A stretch of 64,000 nt of DNA from NCBI GenBank assembly GCA_965240325.2, contig OZ251255.1, positions 248,001 to 312,000 of the forward strand, given 5' to 3'. Positions 22,946 through 34,602 of the stretch are shown piece by piece. The notes under the pieces are model-generated. The model worked only from the letters and a program-made list of their open reading frames with translations. It made no database searches and was not told where the DNA came from. This DNA comes from Rebecca billardiae RCC1528. Its lineage: Eukaryota; Protista; Haptophyta. A program made the translations under genes and the position numbers. Each line of letters begins with the position of its first letter. The first letter of the stretch is position 1.

Positions 22946-24843
22946 GCGGGTACTGAGCTCGCGCGGCGGCGCTGAGTGCCGCGGCCCTGGCCTGCGGGAT
23001 GGGGGCGGCCAGCTGAACCGCACGACAGCCGGTCCGGCTGTCAGGCCTCGGCCAGTCTCGGGCGCGCTTGACAGCCGGTGCGGCGGGCCGCGCCGTCCGG
23101 GCGCGCCCTCACCCTCTCACTCTGAGCTCGGTGTCCGATGCACTCGGCGGCTCCGGCGGCGGGACGTCCGTGGTGTGCTGCCCTCAGGCGCCGTCACTCG
23201 CCGACACCGGAGTCGGCGTCCCAGCAGTCGACTGCGAAGCCGAGTCGCGGCGCGGAACGGGAGTCGGCGCTGCAGTGTGACGCCAACGGTCACTCGGACG
23301 ACGCGACGAATCGCGGCCGTGATCCGCGCCGTGATATTAGGCAGCGCAGTGATCATCCGCGGCCGCGAGTATTCCGTCGCGGTATGACGTACGTATATAT
23401 ATGATGTATAACTCTGCATGCTCGCGATGATCGAATAATAACTACGGGCGGACACGGGCTCGTCCGGGCCTGCCGGCCGGCCGCCGCGTCAGGCATCTGA
23501 GTCGGTGAGTACTGAGTGTCGACTGTCGTCGCGCGGACCGGCGCGCGCGGACTCTCACTAGTCTCAGACCGTCTGGCCACGCGGGCCCGGCTGCCTGACG
23601 CACGCGGACCGCGGGACTACGCCTACGGCCGCCGGCGGACCGTTGTCGCGGGCGCGGCGCCGCACCATGCATGGCACGCGCCACTTAACTAGTGGCAGGC
23701 GCCAGACTAAGTCGCGGAGCACTGACGACGATCATATATACAGCGCAGCAGCATCCAGTATGAGTAGTAGTGGCACTGCACTGCACGGTGTCCCGGTTGG
23801 CGGTATAGTCGGTGACAGCAGGCGGTTGACGAATGACGATGCCACCCGCACATTGCCGTTAACTCACCGCGCGTGGCTGAGTGGCCCGGGTCCGCGCCGG
23901 ACACTCACCGACTCGGCCGCGACTCGATCCACTCGATCTCGTCCGCGCCCGCGGGTTGCCATGAAGTCTGAGTGAACCCGAGTAATAACTACGACGCGTA
24001 CTGCTCCGATCGCGCCGCGTAGTCGTCGTCTAATGAGTAGACTGAAGTCACACTCATCTTAATGATGAGTCACACTGAACCGCGTAGCGGCGGCTTATGA
24101 CCGTGCATGACACGGATGACACTACTGTGGCACGGTGACTACTGGCCTCCGCTTATAGACGGGGGAGTCTCACTCAGTAAGTGGCGGCTCATCCGTCCCG
24201 GCGGCCTCCTGCCGGGCCCGACCAGACGGACCACTGCTCGGTTGCACCACTCACTGGCGGGCCTGATGGCAGCCGGGCGGCGGGGTGACCCGGCGGGATA
24301 GCCGACCGCGTCACCGCCGGCGGGGCGCCGGGCCGCCCCGCATTCTCGCGGCCGGCGACTACGCGCCGGCCGCCGGATCGCGAGTGACGCGCGGGCGTAT
24401 ATCACTGTGAGACTGATGCTGCTCGTACTACGCGGTACCGTGCTGCTACTCGGCGGCTACCGCCGTCGGCAGCGCGACCGGAGCACTGTGCCTACGATGC
24501 TGTCGTCTACCGCCGCGATTCATCATGCGCATAGCCACTGCAGGCGGAGTCACTGCAGCGCTGCGCAGAGTGCATGCGTGCTGCTGACTGATGTGGTGCT
24601 GATGACGGATGGACTGACTCTGAAGATGTCGTCGTCGTCGCGTGTCACACTGCTGACGAGTGCTGACGTCATAAGCCAGACGAGAGTTGCTGATGGGACC
24701 AGTATAGGGTCCGGGCCGCCGGCGGCGGCCTGCTCCGGAGCTGCTGCGCGATCGAAGCGCAGCCTGGCGTCACAGCCACGCCGCCGCCACCGCGGGCGAC
24801 GACGCAGCCGCGGACGGCCAGCTCGGGGCCGCGCTGGGCGGTG

Positions 24844-27800
24844 TCATTCGGCCGCGGACTGCAGGAAGTCGCTGGGGTTGGCGGCGCGCACGGCGATGGG
24901 CTGCGGCCGGCCGCCCCGCCCCACGGCGCTCCAGCCCGCGAGCCCGGCGCCGTCGATCGCCGCCTCACTCAGCGCGCCCAGGCCCTCTCCCAGCCCGGCC
25001 CCCGAGAGCAGCAGCAGCCGCATCCGCTCCTCGATGGCGCCCTCGAGCGCGCGCGGCTCAAGCGCGGACGCCCACGCGGGCAGCGAGGGCGGCGGGCTAC
25101 CGCTCCCCCCACCGCCCTCGGCGGTCTCGCTCGCCCACGCGGCGGCGGCGGCGCCGCCCGCGGCCGCGGTGGCACCGGCGGCCATGCTGCTGCTCAGGCT
25201 GCCGGAGACGGAGAGCCAGGCCGCGAGCGCGCGCTCGCCGACGCCGCCGACGCCGGCGGCGGGCTGCGCGGCGGCGGCGGCGGCGGCGGCGTCACCGTCG
25301 GAGCGCACTGCCGCCGCCGCCGCCGCAGCGTCCGCCGCCATCGCCTCGGCGGCGGCGGCGGCCGAGGCGGCGCACGCCTCCGTTGCGCGCGCGCGCGCCC
25401 GCTGCGCCTCAGCGAGCTCAGCACTCGCGCCGCTCACACCCAGGTGCCGCTCATAGGCCGCCCAGAGGGCGAGGGACCCCGGGCGCACGTCGAGCGCGCG
25501 GCGGAAGAGGCGACTTGCCTCCGCCTGCCCGCCGTGCCGCCGCTCGAACTCGGCCCAGGTCGCGAGCACCACCGCCTGGGCAGCACAGCGGCGGCGGCGG
25601 CAGCGCAGCGACGGCGGCAGCAGCACACGGCGTGGGCACACACGCACACACACACACATACACACGCACACACACACACACACACGCACACACACACACA
25701 CACACGCACACGCACACGCACACACGCACACACACGCACACGCACACACACGCACACACACACGCACACACACACACACACACACGCACACACGCACACA
25801 CACACGCAACAGCGCAGGAGTGGCAGCAGTGCACACGCGCGCGCGGTGAGAGAGGGGGCACGGTGAGCAGCGCGCTGGCATGGCCCTGCCAACGCTGACG
25901 CGCGCGCGCGCGCGCGCGCGCGCCGCGCGCCGAGCCGAACGGGCGCAGACACGCGGCGCGAGAAGGCGCGCAGACACGCGGCGCGAGAAGGCGCGCAGAC
26001 ACGCGGCGCAACGCGCAACAGACACGGCGCCTGCGCGCGCACCGAGTGCGGCGTGGCCTCAGCGGCGCGGCGGAAGTGCGCTCGCGCGGAGGGCACGTCT
26101 CCGGCGGCCTCCTCGATCAGGGCCCACGCGTGCCACACCCACGTCAGCTGCAAGCGCGGCGGCACACGCGCGGCGGCGGCGGGCGGGCGGGCGGGCGGGC
26201 GCGGGCGCGGCGCGGGCCGTGAGCGCGCGCGCTCGGCCGTCGGCGCCACCGCGGGCGGCGTGGGCGCAGAGTAACGGCCGTAACGTCTTTTGCCCCCACG
26301 GCGCGCACCTGCTCCGAGTCCTCCGGCGCGGTCCACACCGCCTGCTGCAGGCTGCGCCGCGCCGCGTCGAGCTGCCCGCCTGCCGCGAGCACAAGGCCTC
26401 GCTTCTGGTGGCACGGCACGTGGCGGGGCGCGGCGCGGCAGCCGCGATTGAGAATTGCGAGCGCGGCAGTGCGGCCGGCGGCGCGCTCGGTGGCGAGGGC
26501 GGCGTGCGCGGCGGCGAGGGTGGCGTCGTGCCGCCGGCGCGCGGACGCGAGCATCGACGCAGCCGCCGCCGCGCGGCCGGCCGCCACCGCCGTCCCCGCC
26601 GCCGCCGCCTCCGCCGCCGCCGCCTCTGCCGCCGCCACCTCCGCCGCCGCCGCCGCCGCCTCCACCGCGCCGCCCCACGCTGCCTCCGCTCGCCCCTCGC
26701 TGTCGCGAAGCAGCGCGCTGGCGTACGCGGTGTAGAGCGGGCCGTCGTCGGGGCGGAGGGCGATCGCGCGTTCCCACAGCCTGCGGGCGGGAGCGCGCGG
26801 CGGCCGCGGGGCCGGCGGGCTCAGCGCGCGAGCGCGGTGTGGCGCGGCGCGCGGGCGCGTGGCGCGGCGCACGGCGCGGCGCGCGTGGCGCGCCGACGCA
26901 CCGGACGGCGTCGGTCATCTGGCCCTGGCGCGCGCGCACGCCGGCCCACGCGCCGAGCACCTGCGTGTTCTGCCCGTTCAGCCGCGCCGCCGCGCGCAGC
27001 GCCGCGCTCGCCGCCTCGAGCCGCCCGAGCCGCGCGAGCGCGACGCCGCGCGCCTGGTGGCAAAAGACGTTACGGCCGTTACTCAGCGCGAGCGCGCGGT
27101 CGAGGTACGAGATCGCGATCTCGAGCGAGCGCGTGCTGTTGAGCGAGGAGCTCGCCTGGCGCACGTGGTACATCGCGAGCGCGTGCCTGCGCAGCCGCAC
27201 GCGCGCACGGCCGGCGCGTGAGTCGCGGCGCGCGGCGGCGCGGCGGCAGCACAGGGCCGGCGCGCGCGCGGGCGGCAGCCGCGGGCAGCGCCGCAGCCCA
27301 GGGGGCGCGCGCGCGCGGGGTCGCACGCACCAGGTGACCTCGTTCGCCGGCTGCACCGACACGCCTCGCTCGTAGCACCGCAGCGCCGGCCCGAACCGCC
27401 CGCGCGCCTCCTCCAGCTGCCCGAGTGCCACCAGCGACGGCGCGTGCCGCGGCCGCGCGCCGAGCGCCGCACGGAAGCAGGCCGCGGCCGCGCCGAGCTC
27501 GCGGCGGTGCTTGCGGAGGAGGACGCCGAGGGCCTGCAGCAGGTACGGGTTCGAGCCGCGCGGCGGGCCGCCCACCAGCGCGCCGTACTTCGCGAGGCGC
27601 ACGCTGTACCCGTACCCGCCCGAGCCGCCATCGCTGACGGCCGCGCCGCCGGCCGCGCCGGCGGCGGAAGCGGCGGCGGCGGCCGAGGCGGCGGCGGCCG
27701 CGGCGGCGCCAGTCGCGTCAGCGGCGGCGGCGGCGGCGTCGGCGGGCGCGGGCGCGCACGCGGGCGCGGCGGGCGCGGCGCCGCCCGCCTCCGCGTCCGC

Positions 27801-28589
27801 GCCGTCCTCGCCGTACCACAGCCCCGCGCGCAGCAGCGCCTCCGCCAAGTCCACTCGCTCCGCGGGTGGCACAGGCCGTGGGCTGGACGGCACGCCCACT
27901 GCGGCACCAGTCGCGGTGGCGGCGGTGGCGGCGGAGGGCCAGACGAGCTTGCCCTGCGCGAAGGTGAGCCCGCCCGGCCCGCCGCCGCGCGCGAGCGCGT
28001 CCCGCGAGAGCGCGAGCCACGCGCGCCCGTCGGCGGGGTCCAACGCCGCCGCGCGAGCCAGCAGCGCGCGCGCGCCGTCGTGGTCGCCCGCACGGCCGAG
28101 CTCGCGCGCGCGCCACGTCCACAGGTCGATGTTGAGCTTGAGGACGCGCGGCGGGCGCGGGTCGTAGTCGGTGCGGAAGGCGTCGTCGTTCGCCGTGAGC
28201 GACTCGCGCACCTTGCGCGACAGCTCGCGCACCGACACGGATGCGCGCGGCGGCGCGGCGCCGCGCGCCGCCGCGGCGGGCGGCGCGGCGCGCGGCCGCG
28301 GCGCGCCGGCGGCGGGCTCGGTCTGGGCGGCAGGCTTGCCCGGGGCGAAGGAGGCGAAGGCGCGCTGCGTCGAGGCGCGCCAGTCGCGCCGCCGCGCCAC
28401 CGTCGCCGCCGCGCGCTCGAGCGCGTCCGAGCCGGCCGGCGCGGACGCGCCGCTCGCGGATGCCGGCGCGGCCGCCGCGCGCGCCGCGCGCGCCGGCCGC
28501 GGGTTGCGCGGCGAGGCGACGCCGACGCACGGCGAGATGACCGCGGCGACGAGCGCGATCGCAACCGCCGCGGCCGCGGCGCGAGGCAT
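24844..28589 (-). CDS. Plastid HAT/TPR-repeat RNA maturation factor, HCF107/Mbb1-like; multi-exon
   Basis: Signal peptide; LKLNIDLWTWRAR...DPADGRAWLAL resembles the HCF107 first repeats; NPYLLQALG, WHAWALIEE, TWAEFERR HAT repeats. Confidence 0.8.
25638..25805. repeat. Intronic (CA/CACG)n microsatellite
   Basis: Direct inspection. Confidence 0.9.
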
Positions 28590-29068
28590 GCCCGTCCTCC
28601 GCGCGCGGGGTCCGCGCGGGGGCGCGAGGGGCGGTGTGATTGGCGGTGCGCCGCGCGCGCAGCTGATGCGCATCGCAAGTTCTGGAGAGGCCGGAGCGAT
28701 GGCGGGCCAGCTGCTCACCGGCCATCTCGCGGGTAAAAGGGCATCTTGATTGCCGATTTCTGCCGGTCTCAAATGTTTTCGGCCCGGGTGGCCGTAGCTC
28801 GGACTTGGCGCATGCTCGCAATCATCACGTCCACCCAGCTTCAGAACGGTGCCGAGCCGGACGCGAGAATCTTCATCTTGCATTCCCCGGCGCGAGAAAC
28901 CACCCGAAACCAGTCTGAAAAGCGGTCGCGGCTCCCAGGCCGGGTGACGCGAGTGACGCCACCGGTGCCTGCGCAGGTCCGGGTGCGGAAGCGGCAGCAG
29001 CTTTCCGCATCCAAAGCGCTCCAGACGGCGCCGCCCACCCGCGCCTCTGCTCGGCCCGCGCGCAACGC

Positions 29069-30473
29069 ATGCAGCGCACGCGCGACGCCCGCGAGGGCGC
29101 GAGCACGACGGGGCAGCGGCGCGAGCGCGCACGCACGCTCGTGCTCACGCTCCGCAACGCCGCACGCGGCGTGCTCGGCCCCGGCCGCGCTTCCGCCGAT
29201 GGCGCCAGCAGCGCGCCCGAGGGCGCGCCGCCGCCGCCGCCGCCGTCGCCGCCGCCGCCGCCGCCGCTGCCCATGCTGACGCCGAGCACGGCCGCGGCGG
29301 AGGCGGCGGGCGAGGCGGATGCGTGGTTTGGGCTGCACGCCAAGTCCACCCCGCTCCTCGCCACGCCGGCGTCGGAGTCCGGCTGCGCCGGACCGTACCT
29401 GCTGCCAGACGGATACTTTGTCATGAGCCGCTTGCAAGAGCTTCTAAATGCGGGTACGATGCTGCTGCCGCTGGGCGTGGCGCTGGCGTACACGAGCGAG
29501 TGCGCGCCGTGGGCACCGCTCGACGCGCACTCGGGCGCGTACGTCGTCGCCGCGGCCATCGCCGCGCACTTTCCGTTTTCCGGTGCGCGCAAGAATCAGA
29601 GCGCGCGCCGCGCGCCGGGCGCGCGCGCTGGGGTGCCCCGCGCCGGGCGCGCGCGCTGGGGTGCCGTGCGCCGGGGACGGAGCGGGCGCGGTGGCGGCGG
29701 CGGCGGTGGGCGGTTGGTGCGTGCGACGCCAGCTGCGGTGCTGGGTGGGCCGCCGGGCCGCGCACGCGCGCGCGCGGCTGACCCGCGCCTGACGCTCCTC
29801 CCGCTCCGCGCCCCGCCGCCACGCCCCGCGCGCCGCGCGCCGCGCACCGCCGCTCCCCGCGCGCGCCGCGCCGCGCGCCGACAGCCCTGTACCACGCTTC
29901 GTGCGCGGTGTGGCGCCCGCCGGGCACGCACCCGGTGCTGGGGAACGGCTGGTGCAAGGGCGACCTGGTCGCTATCCACCTGGCGGCGGCGCTGATGGCG
30001 CTCGGCACGACGGGTGCGCGCGCGCGCGCCTGCCTGCCCCCCTGCCGCTGCGCAGCCGTGTTCGCCCGACTCAGCGGCACTCGCCCGCTGCGCACGCCGC
30101 AGGCTCGCTTCGGTACTTTTTTGCATGCATGGCCTTCGCCCTCTGGAGCTCGTACCGGACGCTGCGGTGGGCGGCCGGCCGCACGGAGCGCCGGCTGGGG
30201 CGGGTGGCGTGCGCGTGCGCGTACATCCTGCCGATCGCGCTGCGCGACGGCGCCGCGTGCGCGCTCGCTGTGGGCGGGTTCGGCGCGACCGCCATTCTGT
30301 TCGCGTGGAACGCTCGGCTGAACGGCTGGGGCCACGCGCTGTCGCACCTCACGCTGGTGCCGCTCGCGGTGGGCGTGCTGCGCGGCGCCGCGGCGGTGCA
30401 GGCGCCGGGGGCGGAGATGGCGGCGGCGGCGCTGCGGCCGCTGCAAGCGGCGCTCGTGTGCCGAAGCGCGTGA
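29069..30473 (+). CDS. CREST-superfamily (hemolysin III/PAQR/ceramidase-like) multi-pass membrane protein, 3 exons
   Basis: ELLNAGT, S..(intron)..LYH, KGDLVAIH and GHALSH match the SxxxH, D and HxxxH zinc motifs; start may be 29273. Confidence 0.72.
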
Positions 30474-30659
30474 GCGCCCGCGGCGCGGCGACGAGGACGA
30501 TCGTCAGCAATGCATGCACCACGCGCCAATGTACGTACTCTGCTGCGACGCTAAAACCCGCCGCCAAAAAAGGCATCAGTAAATGCTCGTACAGTACGGT
30601 AAAATAAACTCATCAATAAATCTGCGCCGGAACGTCATAGAACGACGACCGCGCGCGCG

Positions 30660-31469
30660 ATGCCGGCGACGCGGCGATCGCTCAGCCTCGCGGCTGCGCT
30701 GCTGCTCGCCGCGCCAGCATGCCACGGCGGCATTCCCGCCCCGCGCGTCGCACGCGCGCGCCCAGCGCTCTCCCCACGCTCCGCCGTGCGCATGGCTGGC
30801 GCTGATGCCCCGCCACCGCCGCCGCCGCCGCAAGAGGAGGACGGACCCAAGCGCGCGCGCGCGGACGAGGACGACGGCGACGGCAGCGCGCGCACTGAGC
30901 AGGACGCGAGCGTGGAGGACGGCGTGCTCGGCCGCTTCATGCGCCCGCGCGTGGACGACGGCGGCCTGCCCATCGCCGACTCGCTCGTCGCCATCTCCGC
31001 GCCCGTCCTCCTCGCCACCGTCATTCTGGCCGGCGGCCTGCCGCGGCCATCATGGCTGGTGCCCGCCGCGTTCGTGCCGGACGTGCGCGCGCTGCCGTTC
31101 GTGCTGCCCGCCGTGGGGCACGGCATCACACTCGCGACGTGCTGGGTGCTCGGCGCCTTCGCCGCCGCCGCGTACACCAAGGAGGCCTACGGCGCCGGCG
31201 GCTCCACGCTGCAGACGCTCGCATACACGGCGCGCGCCGGCGCGTTCGCCACCGGCCTACTCATCTTACTCACGCAGGCGCAGCTGTACGCGGAGGTGGG
31301 GCCGGCGGCGATCGGCGCGTGGGCGGAGCCGGGGTTCCCCGCGACCGCCGCCGACTTCATCATCGTGCGCCGCACCGACGAGCTCGCCCTCGACGTCGCG
31401 GTCGAGGCGGCCGCCATGACCTGCTGGCGCCTGTACCGAGCGTCTCTGTACGGCCGGTTCGGCGACTGA
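30660..31469 (+). CDS. Uncharacterised plastid-targeted membrane protein
   Basis: Signal peptide plus transit peptide (..SAVRMA), about 4 hydrophobic helices, strong GC3 bias. Confidence 0.78.
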   Translation: MPATRRSLSLAAALLLAAPACHGGIPAPRVARARPALSPRSAVRMAGADAPPPPPPPQEEDGPKRARADEDDGDGSARTEQDASVEDGVLGRFMRPRVDDGGLPIADSLVAISAPVLLATVILAGGLPRPSWLVPAAFVPDVRALPFVLPAVGHGITLATCWVLGAFAAAAYTKEAYGAGGSTLQTLAYTARAGAFATGLLILLTQAQLYAEVGPAAIGAWAEPGFPATAADFIIVRRTDELALDVAVEAAAMTCWRLYRASLYGRFGD

Positions 31470-32352
31470 GCTAGGAGTGGACGTGACACTGTAAGCCGAG
31501 ATCCGGAGTATAGTATATATACGCGGTCTGCTGCGCCGCGCGACACCGTACCTGGTGACCCGACCGTATACCGACCGGACGATGAGCGCGACGGCCATTA
31601 TAATATATTATATTCAGGCATGCCCTGTCATTGAGCTGAGTGTCATTGACGATTGTCGTAGTCACTCTGATCACGCGGCCCTCCTGCTAGTCGGCTGAAT
31701 TCAGAACTGCACGGAGTGCCCGCAGGCTCGTCGGCGGGCGCGAGCCGAAGTATATATCGTCAGACTGTATCAGTCGTCCATCCGGTACAGTTCGCGGCCG
31801 GCCGTGCCGATGAGTGGTCGTCCAGCGACCCGCCGAGGGTCCTGCCTCCTGGCGGCTGGCCGCCGCGGGATCGGGCTCATCGCGGGCGGCCGGCGAGCTT
31901 TGCCGCTGCTACCGGACTGACTCGCTCGGTCGGATCCGCGCCTGCGCTACCGAGTTCGTTCGGCTGTGCCGCCATTCATATGCGATGGCTGCCGCGCGCT
32001 GACTGCTGATGATATATATATAACTAATAGCAGCTAGTCTCAAGTCGCGTCACGGTCCGCGGTGCCGCCCCGGCAGCGCGCGCGGTAGATTAACGGGCGC
32101 CGCGCGGACGCCGCCCCCGCGGGCCGAGTAGCTGCGCTTGGCGTGCCCGGCCGCCAGCGCGCGGCCGCGGGCGCCGCGACTGGCGAGCAGTGCTGGGTCG
32201 TCGTGCAGCGCTGGCGAGCGTCGCAGCAGAGTAACGTCTTAATGCAGAGTAGTCGTAGGCTGATGATGTATCTTATGCCACTGCGCCTGGCAGAGCGCTG
32301 ATGCCACCCGTGGGCGAGCGGCCCGACGAGCCACGCAGTGGCACGGGGGACA

Positions 32353-34086
32353 TCACCCCGCCGGCGCCGCAGCTCCGGGCCGCGCAGCGCCCGATGCCGG
32401 CGGCAGCGCCAGCTGCTGCGGCGCCGCCATGTCGTGCGCGCACACCATGTGGAAGAAGCGAAGGGTCGAGTCGGCGCGACTCATCCTCTGCGCGTGCCGC
32501 GTGCGGTGCCTGGCCTTGCTGCCACGCTTCGTCGACACGGCCACCCCGGGCGTGGCGCGGGCCTCCTGCGAGGCGTTGCTGCCGCCCGCTGTGCCCGGAC
32601 CGGTCGGGGGCACGCGCACGATGGTGGCGATGCCGTGCTGCAGCCTGCGCCGCCGCGCCGCCGCCGCGCCGCGCGCCGCGCCGGGCGGCGCGCCGCCGGC
32701 GACCGCACCGCCGGTGCCGCCGAGTCCAGGGGCGGGCGGTGTGCGCGCGCGCGGGGGCGCGGCGGTGCGCACGATGTAGGGCAGCGCGCGCGCGTGGTTC
32801 ACCGCGCTTGCGTCCTGGAAGCCGTCGTCGTCGCTGTCGCCATGCACGCCCGAGCCCGCCCCGCCCGGCCTCGGCGCCGCCGCCGCGGGCGCATTTCCGT
32901 AACGGACTTTGAAACCGTCGCCGTGCGCGCACCAGGAGGGGCGCGAGGCGGCCCACGCGCAGCACGCGCACGGGCGCAGCGCGTGCGGCCAGTACCCCTC
33001 GCCAAAGTACGGCCGGCACACGTCGCGCACCAGCAGCCGCGTCAGCAGCTCGCTCTGAGCGCCGGGCTCGGCCGGGAGCGCCCAGCGCGCGACCGCGGCG
33101 GGCTCGGCGCGCGCGCGCTCGGGCGCGAGCACGTGCACGACCTCGTCGTGCCACGCGGTGGAGAAGGACTCGCAGCGGTGGGTGACGTACAGCGTGCGGT
33201 ACCCGCGCGCCAGCGCCCAGCGCCGCACCAGCGGCCACTCGGCCTCCAGCCCGCGCATGCCTCCGCTCTGATTGGCCGCCGCAAAGAGAGCTTCGTGAGA
33301 ACGAACTTCGAACGGCGCCTCCGCGCGGTACCAGAGTCCGGAGCCGACGGCGCGGTACATCCAGAAGAGGCCGGACTCGGCGTAGTGGTACGTGAACGTC
33401 TTCGTCACCTCCACCCACTCCCACGCGCGCGACGGCCGCGACGGCCGCCGCGCGCGCGCGGCGGGCGCGGCGGCGGGCGCGGCGCGAGCGGCGGTGGCGG
33501 GCGCGGCGGCCGCCGCCGCCGCGCCGCCGCCGCCGGCGGCAGGGCCGAGCGCGGTGCCGCCGGGCGTGTCGGCGGGCGGGTAGAGCGCGGGCGTGGGCGG
33601 CGGCACGGGCGCCGTCGTGCCCTTGTGCGCGCGCTTCCCCTCGCAGCCGGCCACCTCCGTGCGCTGAATCCACAGCGTGTACAGCGGCTGCATGTTCTTA
33701 TTGAAATGCTTAAAGACGGAGCCGTAGCCGTGCTTGGGCTGCGCGTCCCACTTGCACCGGCGGAGCGCGGGCGGGAGCAGCCGCTCGTACACCAGCTGCA
33801 CGCAGCACCGCAGCTTCCTCGCGAAGTCCGCGTCGCGCCGCGCGGCGTCCGCCTCGTCGCGCGCGCCGCCGTACACCTGAGTCACGTACGCGCGCAGAGC
33901 GGGCGTGCCGGGCGCGAGGGCGGCGGTGAGGTTGTCGAGGGAGCACGGCTGCAGCCAGCGGAGGTACGCCGCCGACGGCCCCTTCGCCGCGGCGCTGCCC
34001 AGGGCGGCGGCGCCGAGCACGAGCGCGAGCGGCGGCGGCGCGCGGCCGCCGCGCGGCATCGGGCCGGCCGGTGGCTTCGCTCCCAT
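32353..34086 (-). CDS. Uncharacterised secreted protein
   Basis: Hydrophobic N-terminus; globular stretches (WEWVEVTKTF...WMYRAVGSGLWYR, CCAWAASRPSWC) with coding-like codon use; may contain introns. Confidence 0.65.
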   Translation of the reverse strand: MGAKPPAGPMPRGGRAPPPLALVLGAAALGSAAAKGPSAAYLRWLQPCSLDNLTAALAPGTPALRAYVTQVYGGARDEADAARRDADFARKLRCCVQLVYERLLPPALRRCKWDAQPKHGYGSVFKHFNKNMQPLYTLWIQRTEVAGCEGKRAHKGTTAPVPPPTPALYPPADTPGGTALGPAAGGGGAAAAAAAPATAARAAPAAAPAARARRPSRPSRAWEWVEVTKTFTYHYAESGLFWMYRAVGSGLWYRAEAPFEVRSHEALFAAANQSGGMRGLEAEWPLVRRWALARGYRTLYVTHRCESFSTAWHDEVVHVLAPERARAEPAAVARWALPAEPGAQSELLTRLLVRDVCRPYFGEGYWPHALRPCACCAWAASRPSWCAHGDGFKVRYGNAPAAAAPRPGGAGSGVHGDSDDDGFQDASAVNHARALPYIVRTAAPPRARTPPAPGLGGTGGAVAGGAPPGAARGAAAARRRRLQHGIATIVRVPPTGPGTAGGSNASQEARATPGVAVSTKRGSKARHRTRHAQRMSRADSTLRFFHMVCAHDMAAPQQLALPPASGAARPGAAAPAG

Positions 34087-34602
34087 CAGCAGCCCGCTGA
34101 CAGCAGTAGTGATGAACGATGGCTGCTGATGGAGCCCGATGGCTGCTGATGATTGATGAACACTATGACGATGATGGGGTATCGTCAGGCAAAAGTAGCT
34201 TTTCTGGTCCCATCAATACCTCGCGGTCATCAAACTTGTTCAGCATCGCGCGTCAGTTGATCGCTTGATGACGACTCCGAAGGCTCATCGGCCTGACCGC
34301 TGTCCGCTGGTAACAATGTCAGGTTCGGCGGCCACGGAGCCGCGCGCCCGCGCCGGGCCGCGCGCCGCGTGGTGCCGCCGGCGCATGAGGTACTAACGGA
34401 CGCGTTCTGACGCTGCAACGGCAACTGCAGAGTGCAGCGCCATCCCGCGCCTCCTGCGCCCTCCGAGCGCGTTATGAAAGCAGCACGGGCCACGGCGGCG
34501 GCGCGCGCCGCGCCACGCTCGCAGCAGCAGCGCGCAGCGGGGGCAGTGGCGCCGCAGCCGGCGGCAGCTGCACGCACCCACCGTGCCCCCGCCGTGCCGC
34601 GC

